Below, one piece after another: positions 17,110-25,931 of a stretch of 32,000 bases of DNA. Within the stretch, counting starts at the first letter, position 1; each line of letters starts with the position of its first letter. The notes beneath the pieces are model-generated. The model was not told the DNA's origin and did not search any database. It was given only the letters and a program-made list of their open reading frames with translations. Source of the stretch: Coprobacillaceae bacterium (lineage in GTDB: Bacteria > Bacillota_I > Bacilli_A > Erysipelotrichales > Coprobacillaceae); assembly GCA_963675915.1 (NCBI GenBank), contig OY780959.1, positions 240,001 to 272,000 on the forward strand, given 5' to 3'. The position numbers were made by a program, and so were the translations under genes.

Positions 17110-17406
17110 ATGAGTAAATGCACACCATATGAAAAACTATGTATCAAAGTCTTTGTGACAGTATTGATTATCACTACGTTGGTATCGATGGGATTTGGAA
17201 CATTCGCAACGAAATACAACCGCGATATCCAGACGACAACCAATGAGATTTCTCAGCTTGAAGCGGACATCGATAGTATCGAAATAAGCAAACAGGAACT
17301 TACTTCTTTCGACCGGGTATGCGACGTAGCGACAAGCAACGGTTATACATACCAAAATGATGCAGTAGCAACCAATGTAGGAATCATCAACAATGAAGCC
17401 CAATAA
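17110..17406 (+). CDS. ftsL: FtsL-like cell-division protein (bitopic, coiled coil)
   Basis: 98-aa ORF with one TM helix followed by a heptad-like segment. Canonical position between rsmH and the class B PBP. Sequence alone is weakly informative. Confidence 0.6.
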   Translation: MSKCTPYEKLCIKVFVTVLIITTLVSMGFGTFATKYNRDIQTTTNEISQLEADIDSIEISKQELTSFDRVCDVATSNGYTYQNDAVATNVGIINNEAQ

Positions 17407-19540
17407 AATAGCGTACTTGGCCATAGGATATATGGTCATTATTGCTCTTATAATAGCCAATGTGGGCTATTTGATGGCGACCGGGAAGAACTTGTACTCC
17501 CAGGGCGATCTTGCTGCATACGCCCAAACCCGAGCGGTAAAGACTACTCCGGTCTATGCGCAGCGGGGGACAATCTATTCCAGCGACGGTCAGATCATTG
17601 CACAGGATGTGACCAAATACAAATTGATTGCCATTATCGACAAGAGTCGGCCTGGATACGGGGACACGCCCAGTTATCTGGTCGATTATGATGCTTTGAT
17701 CAATGATGTCTCGGTGATCATCGGAATGGAACCGGCCAAGATGTCCGAGAAACTGGACAATGCCGTGGCCAAGGGATCTTATCAGATTGAATTCGGTTCT
17801 TATGGAAATTCACTTTCGGCAATTCAAAAAAAACAGATTGAGGCTTTGGAAATTTCCGGGTTGGAATTCTCGGAGGTCCTTTCGCGCAACTATCCGATGG
17901 GGGATTTCGCATCTTACGTGGTCGGCTATGCCACCAATAACTACATTTCTCAGGATGATCAAAAAATAGTCGGGGGCTATGGAGTCGAAGCTGAATACAA
18001 TGATCTTTTGGCCGGGGCCAACGGATATGAGATGTATCAGGTCGACACTTCTGGTTATATCCTGCCAGGAGGAATGATTGAAGAGGCGGATCCTCAAAAC
18101 GGCTCCATCATCAATCTGACCATTGATTCGAGTCTCCAACGGGACCTCGACACCTTGATGGAAGAAAACCTCAGTGATGCCGATGCCCAAATTGGAAGTT
18201 GTGTCATCATCGAAGCCAAAACCGGGCGGATTCTCGCCCAAAGCAATTATCCATCATTCGATCCCAATAAACGGGATATCGATAATTATACGAATTTCTT
18301 GACGCAATACCCTTATGAAGTCGGATCGATTTTCAAACCGTTTGTCTATTCGTACCTGATTGAAAACGGGCTGTACAACGGTAATGAACTTTATCAGTCC
18401 GGAAGTTATCAGGTGACCAATTCCAGTGGTCGGGTCATTGCGACCATCCATGACTGGAATTATCGTGGTTGGGATGCCATTTCATACAATGAGGGGCTCT
18501 ACCGCTCGAGTAATACGGCAATCTGCAATCTCCTTGACAAAGTTCCAAGTCATGATGACCTGGTTGATTTTTATTACAAGCTGGGCTTCTTTGAATCTAA
18601 CAATGTTGATGGATTCGATGTTTACGGCGGGATCGGACCTAACGGGGAATTGGCCAATTACTACACTTCGGGATTTGGCCAAGGAACGACGCTGACATTG
18701 TATCAGCTGGCCCGCGCCTATAGCATGTTTGCCAATGACGGAAAAATGATAACTCCTTACTGGATCGACTCGATTATCGATGGCGATACCAGCGAGGTTC
18801 TATATCTGGCCAATACTGAGTATTCGCAAAAACTGATTTCCAGCGATACCGTTTCTCAAATGAAAGACTTGCTCTACGGGGTAACTCATTTTGAAGGTGG
18901 AACCGGAACCCGCTATCAAATCGAAGACAGCAATATCAGCATTATCGGTAAAACCGGAACCGGTCAGATTGCAAAAAACGGAACCTATTCGAACGATGAA
19001 TACAGCCATTCGTTCGTGGGGATGTTCCCATATGAAGATCCGGAGATCATTATCGCCTTTTGTTATGTCGGCGAGTATTCAACCAGCGACTGGCCCGACA
19101 ATATCATCAAAGGAATCACGCCGGCTGCCTACAGCACGGTTCACAAATATCAGGAGGACACCACTTCGATTGAAGGAATGGTCAACACCCTGTCGAGCTA
19201 TACCAATCAGTCAATCTCTTTTGTTACCTCACAGCTCAACAGTTGTGATCTCAACCCGGTTGTCATTGGTAATGGTGCAACTGTGGTCAGTCAGTATCCT
19301 ACGGCATACTCGATTGTCAATTCGGGGAGCAAGGTATTCCTGAAAACCGAGGGAAATGTGATCACCATTCCGGATTTGACGGGATGGAGTCGCAAGGATG
19401 TCTCGACCTACTGTTCGCTTTCGGGAATTGATATTGAAATTTCCGGTGACGGACTGGTGGTTGTCAGCCAGAATATCCCGTCTGGAACCCAGATTACTTC
19501 AAGTGATCTGGTGACGGTTATGATGGGGGACAAAGAATAG
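17393..19540 (+). CDS. pbpB: class B penicillin-binding protein (FtsI/PBP2B type) with two C-terminal PASTA domains
   Basis: 715 aa. N-terminal TM helix, SIFK (SxxK), SSN (SxN), KTGTG (KTG), and two ~60-aa PASTA-like repeats at the C-terminus. Confidence 0.9.
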   Translation: MKPNKIAYLAIGYMVIIALIIANVGYLMATGKNLYSQGDLAAYAQTRAVKTTPVYAQRGTIYSSDGQIIAQDVTKYKLIAIIDKSRPGYGDTPSYLVDYDALINDVSVIIGMEPAKMSEKLDNAVAKGSYQIEFGSYGNSLSAIQKKQIEALEISGLEFSEVLSRNYPMGDFASYVVGYATNNYISQDDQKIVGGYGVEAEYNDLLAGANGYEMYQVDTSGYILPGGMIEEADPQNGSIINLTIDSSLQRDLDTLMEENLSDADAQIGSCVIIEAKTGRILAQSNYPSFDPNKRDIDNYTNFLTQYPYEVGSIFKPFVYSYLIENGLYNGNELYQSGSYQVTNSSGRVIATIHDWNYRGWDAISYNEGLYRSSNTAICNLLDKVPSHDDLVDFYYKLGFFESNNVDGFDVYGGIGPNGELANYYTSGFGQGTTLTLYQLARAYSMFANDGKMITPYWIDSIIDGDTSEVLYLANTEYSQKLISSDTVSQMKDLLYGVTHFEGGTGTRYQIEDSNISIIGKTGTGQIAKNGTYSNDEYSHSFVGMFPYEDPEIIIAFCYVGEYSTSDWPDNIIKGITPAAYSTVHKYQEDTTSIEGMVNTLSSYTNQSISFVTSQLNSCDLNPVVIGNGATVVSQYPTAYSIVNSGSKVFLKTEGNVITIPDLTGWSRKDVSTYCSLSGIDIEISGDGLVVVSQNIPSGTQITSSDLVTVMMGDKE

Positions 19541-19545
19541 AAAAT

Positions 19546-19570
19546 AGAGCCTTTTTATGGGCTCTTTTTT
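19546..19570 (+). terminator. intrinsic terminator after the PBP gene
   Basis: AGAGCC ... GGCTCT hairpin followed by TTTTT. The stem is short. Confidence 0.55.
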
Positions 19571-19581
19571 GTAAAAAACAG

Positions 19582-19609
19582 TTGCATTTTAATTGCTGTC
19601 ATGTATAAT
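19582..19609 (+). promoter_or_regulatory. candidate promoter of the CBS/CorC gene
   Basis: TTGCAT 19582-19587, 16-nt spacer, TATAAT 19604-19609. Confidence 0.5.
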
Positions 19610-19726
19610 GGACATTCAGGGCTATCGGAGAATACCGATATATTTTGACAAACAATTTCAAATGTAATAAAATATAACAAAAAACATGAATATTTAGATA
19701 AATATAGGAAATAAAGGAGATTTAAA

Positions 19727-21001
19727 TTGGACGCCTCCCAGATATCAATGATAATTATTTTATTAATATTATTATTTGCTTCGGCAGTTTTTTCATCAAG
19801 CGAGACCGCTTTTCTTTCGGTCAATAAAATCAGGATAAGAAATTTATCCAGCGAAGGGAATCAAAAAGCTCAGCTAGTTGAAAAGTTGCTTGAGGACAGC
19901 GATCGGCTATTCGCATCGATCCTGGTTGGAAATAACTTGGTGAACATTCTGGTTTCATCACTGACGACTTCATTCATGATCACGCTATTTGGCAATGAAG
20001 GTGTCTATATCGCTTATGCGACCGGAATTTTGACGCTGTTGATTTTGGTGTTCGGAGAAATTACGCCTAAGAACCTGGCGACCAAAAAGGCTGATACTAT
20101 GACGCTTTTTTTGGCTCGTTTCATCTATTTGGTTGTTATTGTGGCAACTCCGGTTGTTGTTGTTTTGAATATCTTCTCCCGGATTTTCATCCTGATTCTA
20201 GGTGGCAGCATCGAGGACAGACCGACGGTCACTGAAGAAGAATTGAAAACAATCGTGACGGTATCCCATGAAGAAGGGGTGCTTGAAGATGAGGAACGTC
20301 AGATGATTCACAACGTGTTCGATTTTGGGGACACGGAAATCCGTGACATCATGACGCCTAGAATAAATGTTACCGTTCTTGATGAGGGTTGCACCTATCA
20401 GGAATTGATCGACATGTACCAAAAAGTCCGCTATTCCCGTTATCCGGTCCATTCGGAATCGTTTGACGAGGTTGTCGGGGTTTTGAATATCAAAGATTTG
20501 TTGTTTTTCAAGATTAACCCGGAAGAGTTCAATATCACCGATTACTTGCGTGAAGTTTTCGTGGTGTATGAGTTCAATCATATCGACTATGTATTCGAGT
20601 CGATGCGGAAGGAACATGCAACCATGGCGGTGGTACTCGATGAGTATGGCGTGTTTTCGGGTATTGTAACCTTTGAGGATATTGTAGAAGAAATCGTTGG
20701 CGAAATAGCTGATGAATATGATGACGAATTCGAAAAAGAAATCGTCGCTATTTCAGAAAATGAATTTCTTGTGGATGGGACCACAAACATTATCGAAGTA
20801 AATGAATTTCTGAACACCAGTTTTGATGAAGAGGAATTCGATTCTATCGGTGGTTTGGTCCTCGGTGAATTGAAGTCGACTCCTGAAGTCAATGAGCAGA
20901 TTGTAATCGATAATTGCATCTTTACAGTCATTGCCATTGACAAAAGAAGAATCGATCATTTGAAAATCACCATTGTAGAAAGTGAGGAACCTGCAAACTA
21001 G
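19727..21001 (+). CDS. DUF21-CBS-CorC_HlyC membrane protein (TlyC/CorC 'hemolysin' family, putative divalent-cation transporter)
   Basis: 424 aa with TTG start and AAAGGAGA RBS. N-terminal multi-TM DUF21 region with the SSSETA motif, a tandem CBS pair (R.IMTPR...), and a C-terminal transporter-associated domain. Confidence 0.85.
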   Translation: MDASQISMIIILLILLFASAVFSSSETAFLSVNKIRIRNLSSEGNQKAQLVEKLLEDSDRLFASILVGNNLVNILVSSLTTSFMITLFGNEGVYIAYATGILTLLILVFGEITPKNLATKKADTMTLFLARFIYLVVIVATPVVVVLNIFSRIFILILGGSIEDRPTVTEEELKTIVTVSHEEGVLEDEERQMIHNVFDFGDTEIRDIMTPRINVTVLDEGCTYQELIDMYQKVRYSRYPVHSESFDEVVGVLNIKDLLFFKINPEEFNITDYLREVFVVYEFNHIDYVFESMRKEHATMAVVLDEYGVFSGIVTFEDIVEEIVGEIADEYDDEFEKEIVAISENEFLVDGTTNIIEVNEFLNTSFDEEEFDSIGGLVLGELKSTPEVNEQIVIDNCIFTVIAIDKRRIDHLKITIVESEEPAN

Positions 21002-21018
21002 ATGCAGGGCATTGTAGG

Positions 21019-22329
21019 ATGAAAAAAGAAGTAGAAATCAAAAAAATCGGAATTAACGGTGAAGGAATCGGTTATATCGACCGCAAAATCTGTTTTGTCA
21101 AAGGCGGATTGCCGGGCGAAACGGTTCTTGTCGATATCACCAAGACAACCCGTAACTTCCATGAAGGAAATATAATCAAGATAATCAGCCGTTCGCCGGC
21201 GCGTGAAAGCGTTCGTTGCAAACAAAACAAAAACTGTATGGGGTGTACCTTGCTCCATGCCAAATATTCAAACCAGCTTAAATTCAAAAAGGAACTGGTC
21301 CGCGAATCACTTAGAAAATACACTAATTTTGATTTGAACAAAGCGGTTTTCAAAGACGTAATCGCTTCAAAGGATACCGAAGGATTCATCAATAACGTCA
21401 ATTTGCCGATTGTGGAATTCAACGGATATCTGAATTTCGGGATTTATCAACGGGGATCGAAGTATCTGACATTGATTGACCGTTGTTTCAAACAACACCC
21501 ATTGATCAATCAGACGCTGGTCGATCTTTCAAAAATCCTTAACGAATGCAAGGGTAAATTGTATGATGACAAGTTCAAAAAAGGTCTTCGTTTCTTGAAA
21601 CTGGCTATCCGCGGTGACAAGGTTACGGTGGTAATCATCACTGGTAAAGACGGTCTGGCCCGCGATATCATCGACAAAATTTCCGAGTTGGAATATGTCG
21701 GAGCCTTGTATCAGTCAACCAATACTTCGAAGTATTCGGATTTCGAGGATACCGGATATACCAAATATTACGGTAATGCCCGTTTGCCGGTCGAATTCAA
21801 TGGCGAAAAATACCTTTATTCGGTGAAAACCCAACTGCCTGACAATCTTGACAATGCAGCCAAGGTTTATGGGAATATCTATAAAATGCTCGAGAATTCC
21901 AAAAAAATAATTTCCATCGGAGGTAAATCTTGCCTTTTCGAAATGGGAATCGCTGACAAGGAAGTAACGATCGTCGAAGCGAAAAACTATGCGCGTGATG
22001 ATTTCAAACTTAATGCGAAATCAAAAAATCTCGATAATATCTCAATCAGACTCGGAGCTGTTGATGATGTGATTGTTTCATTGGCTAAAAAGAAAGAATA
22101 TGACACTGTAGTGATGTTTTTGGAAAATTCAAATATTACCGAAGCTGTCAAAAACTCGTTGGTGCTTGGGAAGGTGGAAAACCTGATTTTGGTCGGGGAC
22201 AACTATTCGACTTTGGCTAAAGAGTTAAGTGAAGTTGAAAAATACTACACGCTTGAACGAATTGTTGGAGTGGACACTGCGCCGCACACTTCGAATCTGA
22301 CCACAATTGTCAAATTAAAAAGAATCTAA
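21019..22329 (+). CDS. RumA/RlmD-family (TRAM plus Fe-S plus class I MTase fold) protein with substituted catalytic motifs; probably not an active m5U methyltransferase
   Basis: 436 aa. TRAM-like N-terminus (GINGEGIGY...GGLPGE.V) and a C-x5-C-x2-C plus distal Cys pattern as in RumA. The positions of the SAM-binding, DPPR/DPAR, SCNP and H.E motifs read SIGGKSC, FLENSN, VGDNY and SNLTT. Confidence 0.7.
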   Translation: MKKEVEIKKIGINGEGIGYIDRKICFVKGGLPGETVLVDITKTTRNFHEGNIIKIISRSPARESVRCKQNKNCMGCTLLHAKYSNQLKFKKELVRESLRKYTNFDLNKAVFKDVIASKDTEGFINNVNLPIVEFNGYLNFGIYQRGSKYLTLIDRCFKQHPLINQTLVDLSKILNECKGKLYDDKFKKGLRFLKLAIRGDKVTVVIITGKDGLARDIIDKISELEYVGALYQSTNTSKYSDFEDTGYTKYYGNARLPVEFNGEKYLYSVKTQLPDNLDNAAKVYGNIYKMLENSKKIISIGGKSCLFEMGIADKEVTIVEAKNYARDDFKLNAKSKNLDNISIRLGAVDDVIVSLAKKKEYDTVVMFLENSNITEAVKNSLVLGKVENLILVGDNYSTLAKELSEVEKYYTLERIVGVDTAPHTSNLTTIVKLKRI

Positions 22330-22337
22330 TATAACCC

Positions 22338-22380
22338 GAATCACCGCTAACCTTTTCTAGGGCAAAGCGGTGATTCTTTT
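22338..22380 (+). terminator. terminator-like hairpin plus TTTT; homing site of intron B
   Basis: GAATCACCGCT (22338-22348) pairs with AGCGGTGATTC (22366-22376), followed by TTTT 22377-22380. The apical part is large and partly paired. Confidence 0.55.
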
Positions 22381-22905
22381 GGTATGCCGGGCATGGCATA
22401 TATCTAGGTGGTGAAAGTCCACTGTGGGGGTGACGTCGCAACTGCCAACCACTAGCCAATATCAAGGGTGTCCATCGTGAGGTGGAATCTGAAAGAAGAT
22501 GGAGGCAAAACCCTGGTCCGAGGTACACAAATCACATATCAGGCAGGTAATGGGGACGAGCGTGCCAAACAACGCGAAGTCATAAGAGGTTGCGGAATAC
22601 AACTATTACATGTAAATGTGGCGGATATATGGGGTGAAAGAGATATGACCTTATCCCGGGAGATCTTGCGAGGGAGCAATCCTAGTAACAACGAATCGCA
22701 AGAAGTCAGCAGACGTCGTAGTAGCGAAGAAGTGGCTGTAATGGCCATGGAGTGAAGGACTGAATGAATCTATCAGTTATTAAAATTAGGCTTGATTTCA
22801 TCATGCGAAACCGCAAAGACAGACGAACACACTATCAAGGCCCGAAAGAAGAATTTAGGGGAAGTGAGCCTGATGAATAGCGAAATCAATGGAGGTAACG
22901 GAAAT

Positions 22906-24189
22906 ATGAATACTGATAACACATTACTTGAAGAAATGCTTAGTGATATCAATCTCAAAAAGGCATATACCCAAGTAAAACGAAACAAAGGCGCTAGTGG
23001 CGTTGATGGAATGAAAGTATTGGACCTCAAAGGATATCTGGATGAACATCTTGATGAAATAAAGGAAACGATACAAATCAGGAAATACAAACCACAGCCT
23101 GTGCTAAGAGTGGAAATACCGAAACCAGATGGTGGAGTTAGAAATCTAGGAATACCAACAGTAGTTGACCGATTTGTCCAACAGGCCATCGCCCAGGTAT
23201 TGATTCCTATCTATGAACCCTTGTTCAGCGATAACAGTTACGGTTTTAGACCTAATAGAAATTGTGAGATGGCAATCGTCAAAGCATTGGAATACATGAA
23301 TGATGGTTTCCAATGGATTGTCGACATTGACTTGGAGAAATTCTTTGATAACATCAACCACGATAAATTGATTACCTTAATCATGAAAGATGTCAAGAAT
23401 GGTGAAATTGTATCACTGATAAGAAAATTCCTGGTAAGTGGAATAAGCATTGATGGAGAATACAAAGAGTCAATAATCGGATCAAGCCAAGGAGGGCCGT
23501 TGAGTCCATTGTTGAGTAATATCGTCCTTAACGAACTCGACAAAGAATTGGAGGCTAGAGGGTTGCATTTTACTAGGTACGCTGATGACTGCATGATATT
23601 TGTCGGTAGCAGTAAAGCTGCAGATAGAGTTATGGAGAATGTGCGAAAGTTCATTGAAAAGAAGTTGGGGCTCAAGGTCAACATGACCAAAAGCAAAGTA
23701 TCCAAACCAAATGATATCAAATACTTGGGATTTGGATTCTATTATGACAACTTCAGCCAGTCATGGAAAGCCAAACCACATGCTAAATCAATAGCTATCT
23801 TGAAAGATAAGCTCAGAGAACTGACTAATAGAAGTTGGTCAGTATCATGGGAATTTCGCCGAATGAAAATAAGGCAACTTATTGTCGGGTGGATCAATTA
23901 CTACCGAATCGGAAATTTCAAATCCAAATGTGCAAGGCTGGATGGCTGGATTAGATTTAGAATCCGAATGTACCTGTGGAAGAAATGGAAAACCATCAAG
24001 AACCGTAGAAAACAGTTGAGAAAACTAGGGGCCCAAAGATGGCAATATGAATCATGGTCAAATTCCAGGAAATCATATGCCCGCTGTGCAAGCACGTTTC
24101 TGCGAACCAAAATAACAAACAAAGTACTCAAAAGAAATGGTCTAGCATCACTGCTAGACCAATATCAGTTAAAACATATTTTAGTATAG
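22906..24189 (+). CDS. group II intron reverse transcriptase/maturase (RT plus X, no En domain)
   Basis: The best start is ATG 22906, with GGAGG 10 nt upstream. Track starts at 22792 and an ATG at 22873 are in frame but lie in ribozyme sequence. Motifs: NLGIPTVVDRFVQQA, GFRPNR, SQGGPLSPLLSNIVL, RYADDC, WINYYR. Confidence 0.85.
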   Translation: MNTDNTLLEEMLSDINLKKAYTQVKRNKGASGVDGMKVLDLKGYLDEHLDEIKETIQIRKYKPQPVLRVEIPKPDGGVRNLGIPTVVDRFVQQAIAQVLIPIYEPLFSDNSYGFRPNRNCEMAIVKALEYMNDGFQWIVDIDLEKFFDNINHDKLITLIMKDVKNGEIVSLIRKFLVSGISIDGEYKESIIGSSQGGPLSPLLSNIVLNELDKELEARGLHFTRYADDCMIFVGSSKAADRVMENVRKFIEKKLGLKVNMTKSKVSKPNDIKYLGFGFYYDNFSQSWKAKPHAKSIAILKDKLRELTNRSWSVSWEFRRMKIRQLIVGWINYYRIGNFKSKCARLDGWIRFRIRMYLWKKWKTIKNRRKQLRKLGAQRWQYESWSNSRKSYARCASTFLRTKITNKVLKRNGLASLLDQYQLKHILV

Positions 24190-24195
24190 ATTTAA

Positions 24196-24227
24196 ACCGC
24201 CGTATGCCGGACGGCACGTACGGTGGT
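24196..24227 (+). ncRNA. group II intron domain V (copy B)
   Basis: ACCGCCGTATGCC ggac GGCA(cg)TACGGTGGT. Canonical 2-nt bulge, with CGC in place of AGC. Confidence 0.75.
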
Positions 24228-24369
24228 GTGAGAGGTCGGAAATAAAATTTTATTTATTTCCTCCTACTCGATTCTTTGGGGCGGTGAACGAAAATGGCTC
24301 GGTAATGCATAATTGTCTTTATAAAATAATTGCTTTTTGGTATTATTTAGCAAAAGAGAGGGATATGAT

Positions 24370-25263
24370 ATGTCAGATAAATTAAAGGGGATTTTTAGCT
24401 GTATTCTAGGCGCATCGTTTTGGGGAGTTTCGGGAATTTGCGGTCAGTTTTTCTTCGCCAATTACCCGATCAGCGCCGCCCAGGTGACGGTAATCCGGAT
24501 GTTGGGGACCGCGGTGGTCCTGCTTCCGTTTTTAAGGTGGCAGCAGGGGCCTAAGATCTATGATATTTTTTCCAATAAGCGTGATGTCGTGATTTTGCTG
24601 TTATTTTCACTATTCGGTCTGCTGTTTTGCCAATATGCCTATATTGCGGCGATTTATTATTCAAATGCGCCTACGGCCACGATTTTGCAGTATACCAGTG
24701 CGATATTCATCCTGGTTTTCACCTGCCTGCGTTTTTTGCGGTTGCCGACGATCAGGGAAGCCCTGTCGATCATGATGGCGGTTGCCGGGGTGTTTTTGAT
24801 TGTGACCCATGGCGATATTTCGACTTTGGTCCTTTCGACCAGCGGTCTTTTCTGGGGAATCAATGCGGCTTTGGGGGCGGCGTTCTACATCCTGATTCCT
24901 ACGCGAATCATTCATAAATACGGGGTGTTGACCATCATCTCCTATGCAATGCTTATCGGTGGGGTGGCTTTATGGCTGATTGGCCGGGTAAACATTTTCG
25001 ATTTGAATCTTGATTTGGCCGGTTATGCGATGATTCTAGTGATCATCCTGATTGGAACCCTGGGCGGTTTTGGTCTGTATCTTCATGGTTCGTCGCTGGT
25101 CGGTTCCATCGGAGCGGGGATGCTGGGGGCATTTGAACCGCTGACTTCGCTGGTGCTGTCGGTTATTGTTTTCGAACTGGTATTCGCTCCGGTTGATTAT
25201 CTCGGTTTCTTGCTGGTGCTGGTGGCGATTCTGGTTCTGGCTGGAAAAAAACGAAAATCCTGA
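24370..25263 (+). CDS. EamA/DMT-superfamily transporter (10 predicted TM segments)
   Basis: Start is probably ATG 24370 (MSDKLKG..., AGAGAGGGA RBS); the track starts at 24337. Highly hydrophobic with a two-repeat EamA-like organisation. Confidence 0.8.
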   Translation: MSDKLKGIFSCILGASFWGVSGICGQFFFANYPISAAQVTVIRMLGTAVVLLPFLRWQQGPKIYDIFSNKRDVVILLLFSLFGLLFCQYAYIAAIYYSNAPTATILQYTSAIFILVFTCLRFLRLPTIREALSIMMAVAGVFLIVTHGDISTLVLSTSGLFWGINAALGAAFYILIPTRIIHKYGVLTIISYAMLIGGVALWLIGRVNIFDLNLDLAGYAMILVIILIGTLGGFGLYLHGSSLVGSIGAGMLGAFEPLTSLVLSVIVFELVFAPVDYLGFLLVLVAILVLAGKKRKS

Positions 25264-25287
25264 GGGTTGTCTTGTGACAATCCTTTT
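25264..25287 (+). terminator. intrinsic terminator after the EamA gene; homing site of intron copy C
   Basis: GGGTTGTC ttgt GACAATCC (25264-25283) then TTTT (25284-25287). Intron GTGCG starts at 25288. Confidence 0.7.
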
Positions 25288-25931
25288 GTGCGACAGGCAG
25301 TCGCTTAGATGCCATGTATACAGGTACATGGCATTTTCCTTTTATAAATGAGTTCCTGTAATAGTTAGCTATCAATACAGTAAATATCATGGAATAGGGA
25401 AACCCCGTAGGTACAAATCCTACCCCGTGCGCACTGGTGCTATTCGGGAAATCTAGTCTAGGGCATAATCGTGAGATTGTGTTTGAAGGAGACGCAGTAG
25501 TCGAGAGACCTGTAGATGAGTTGGCAGGCCGAAACGAAAAGTGAATCATATGTTGCGGCAGTGGAGAATGTGACGACGTTGCGAAAGGTGCGGAAGTCTA
25601 TTCACGACATATTCTAAGAACCAGTCGAATATGCCGGCACTCCATTGTGAAGGTGATTGGCATGTCAACAAGGGCGTAGTTGATGACCCTGTGAGACCTC
25701 TTCATCCACCGAAAGGATAATCATCTATAAGAGTCATTCGAAGTGATGGTTATATGAAGAGGAGTCAGACAATCTCATAGTAGTGAAGTAGTCATGCGAC
25801 CAAACGTTTGGCGAAGCGAAGGGGATTGACCTTTTACAATTCTTACTTTGTTTAATCGTAATGGTAAGAATGACGGTACTTAGGTACAAACGAATTCAAA
25901 GAACGATAAATAGAAAGAGAGGTTTGAAATT

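Larger units (their letters stand above)
22382..24272 (+). mobile_element. group II intron copy B (family 2, class-C-like)
   Basis: Structured 5' region with the GGTGAAAGTCC...GGAATCTGAAAGAAG...GGAGGCAAAAC blocks common in bacterial group II introns. Has an RT/maturase ORF, domain V at 24196-24227 with a CGC triad, and domain VI with bulged A at 24266 followed by 6 nt ...CTCGAT. The 5' boundary is +/- 1-2 nt; the sequence is G|GTATG rather than GTGYG. Confidence 0.75.

Noticed and set aside
15735-19570. dcw cluster stops after the PBP gene, with no murE, mraY, murD or ftsW following
   Set aside because: Split dcw clusters are common and the missing genes may lie elsewhere. This cannot be judged from a 32-kb window.
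22468-22755. 95-aa plus-strand ORF upstream of the intron B RT; also the 22792 and 22873 in-frame upstream starts
   Set aside because: These lie in conserved ribozyme sequence (domains I-III). The RT N-terminus conventionally begins about 15-25 aa before the NL..A..V..NKG motif, and only ATG 22906 has a good GGAGG RBS.
25163-25549. 128-aa minus-strand ORF and small plus and minus ORFs at 9839-10086 and 25166-25351 over the intron 5' ends
   Set aside because: They span the host-gene terminator and the intron ribozyme, and their sequence conservation is explained by the intron repeat itself. There are no translation signals.
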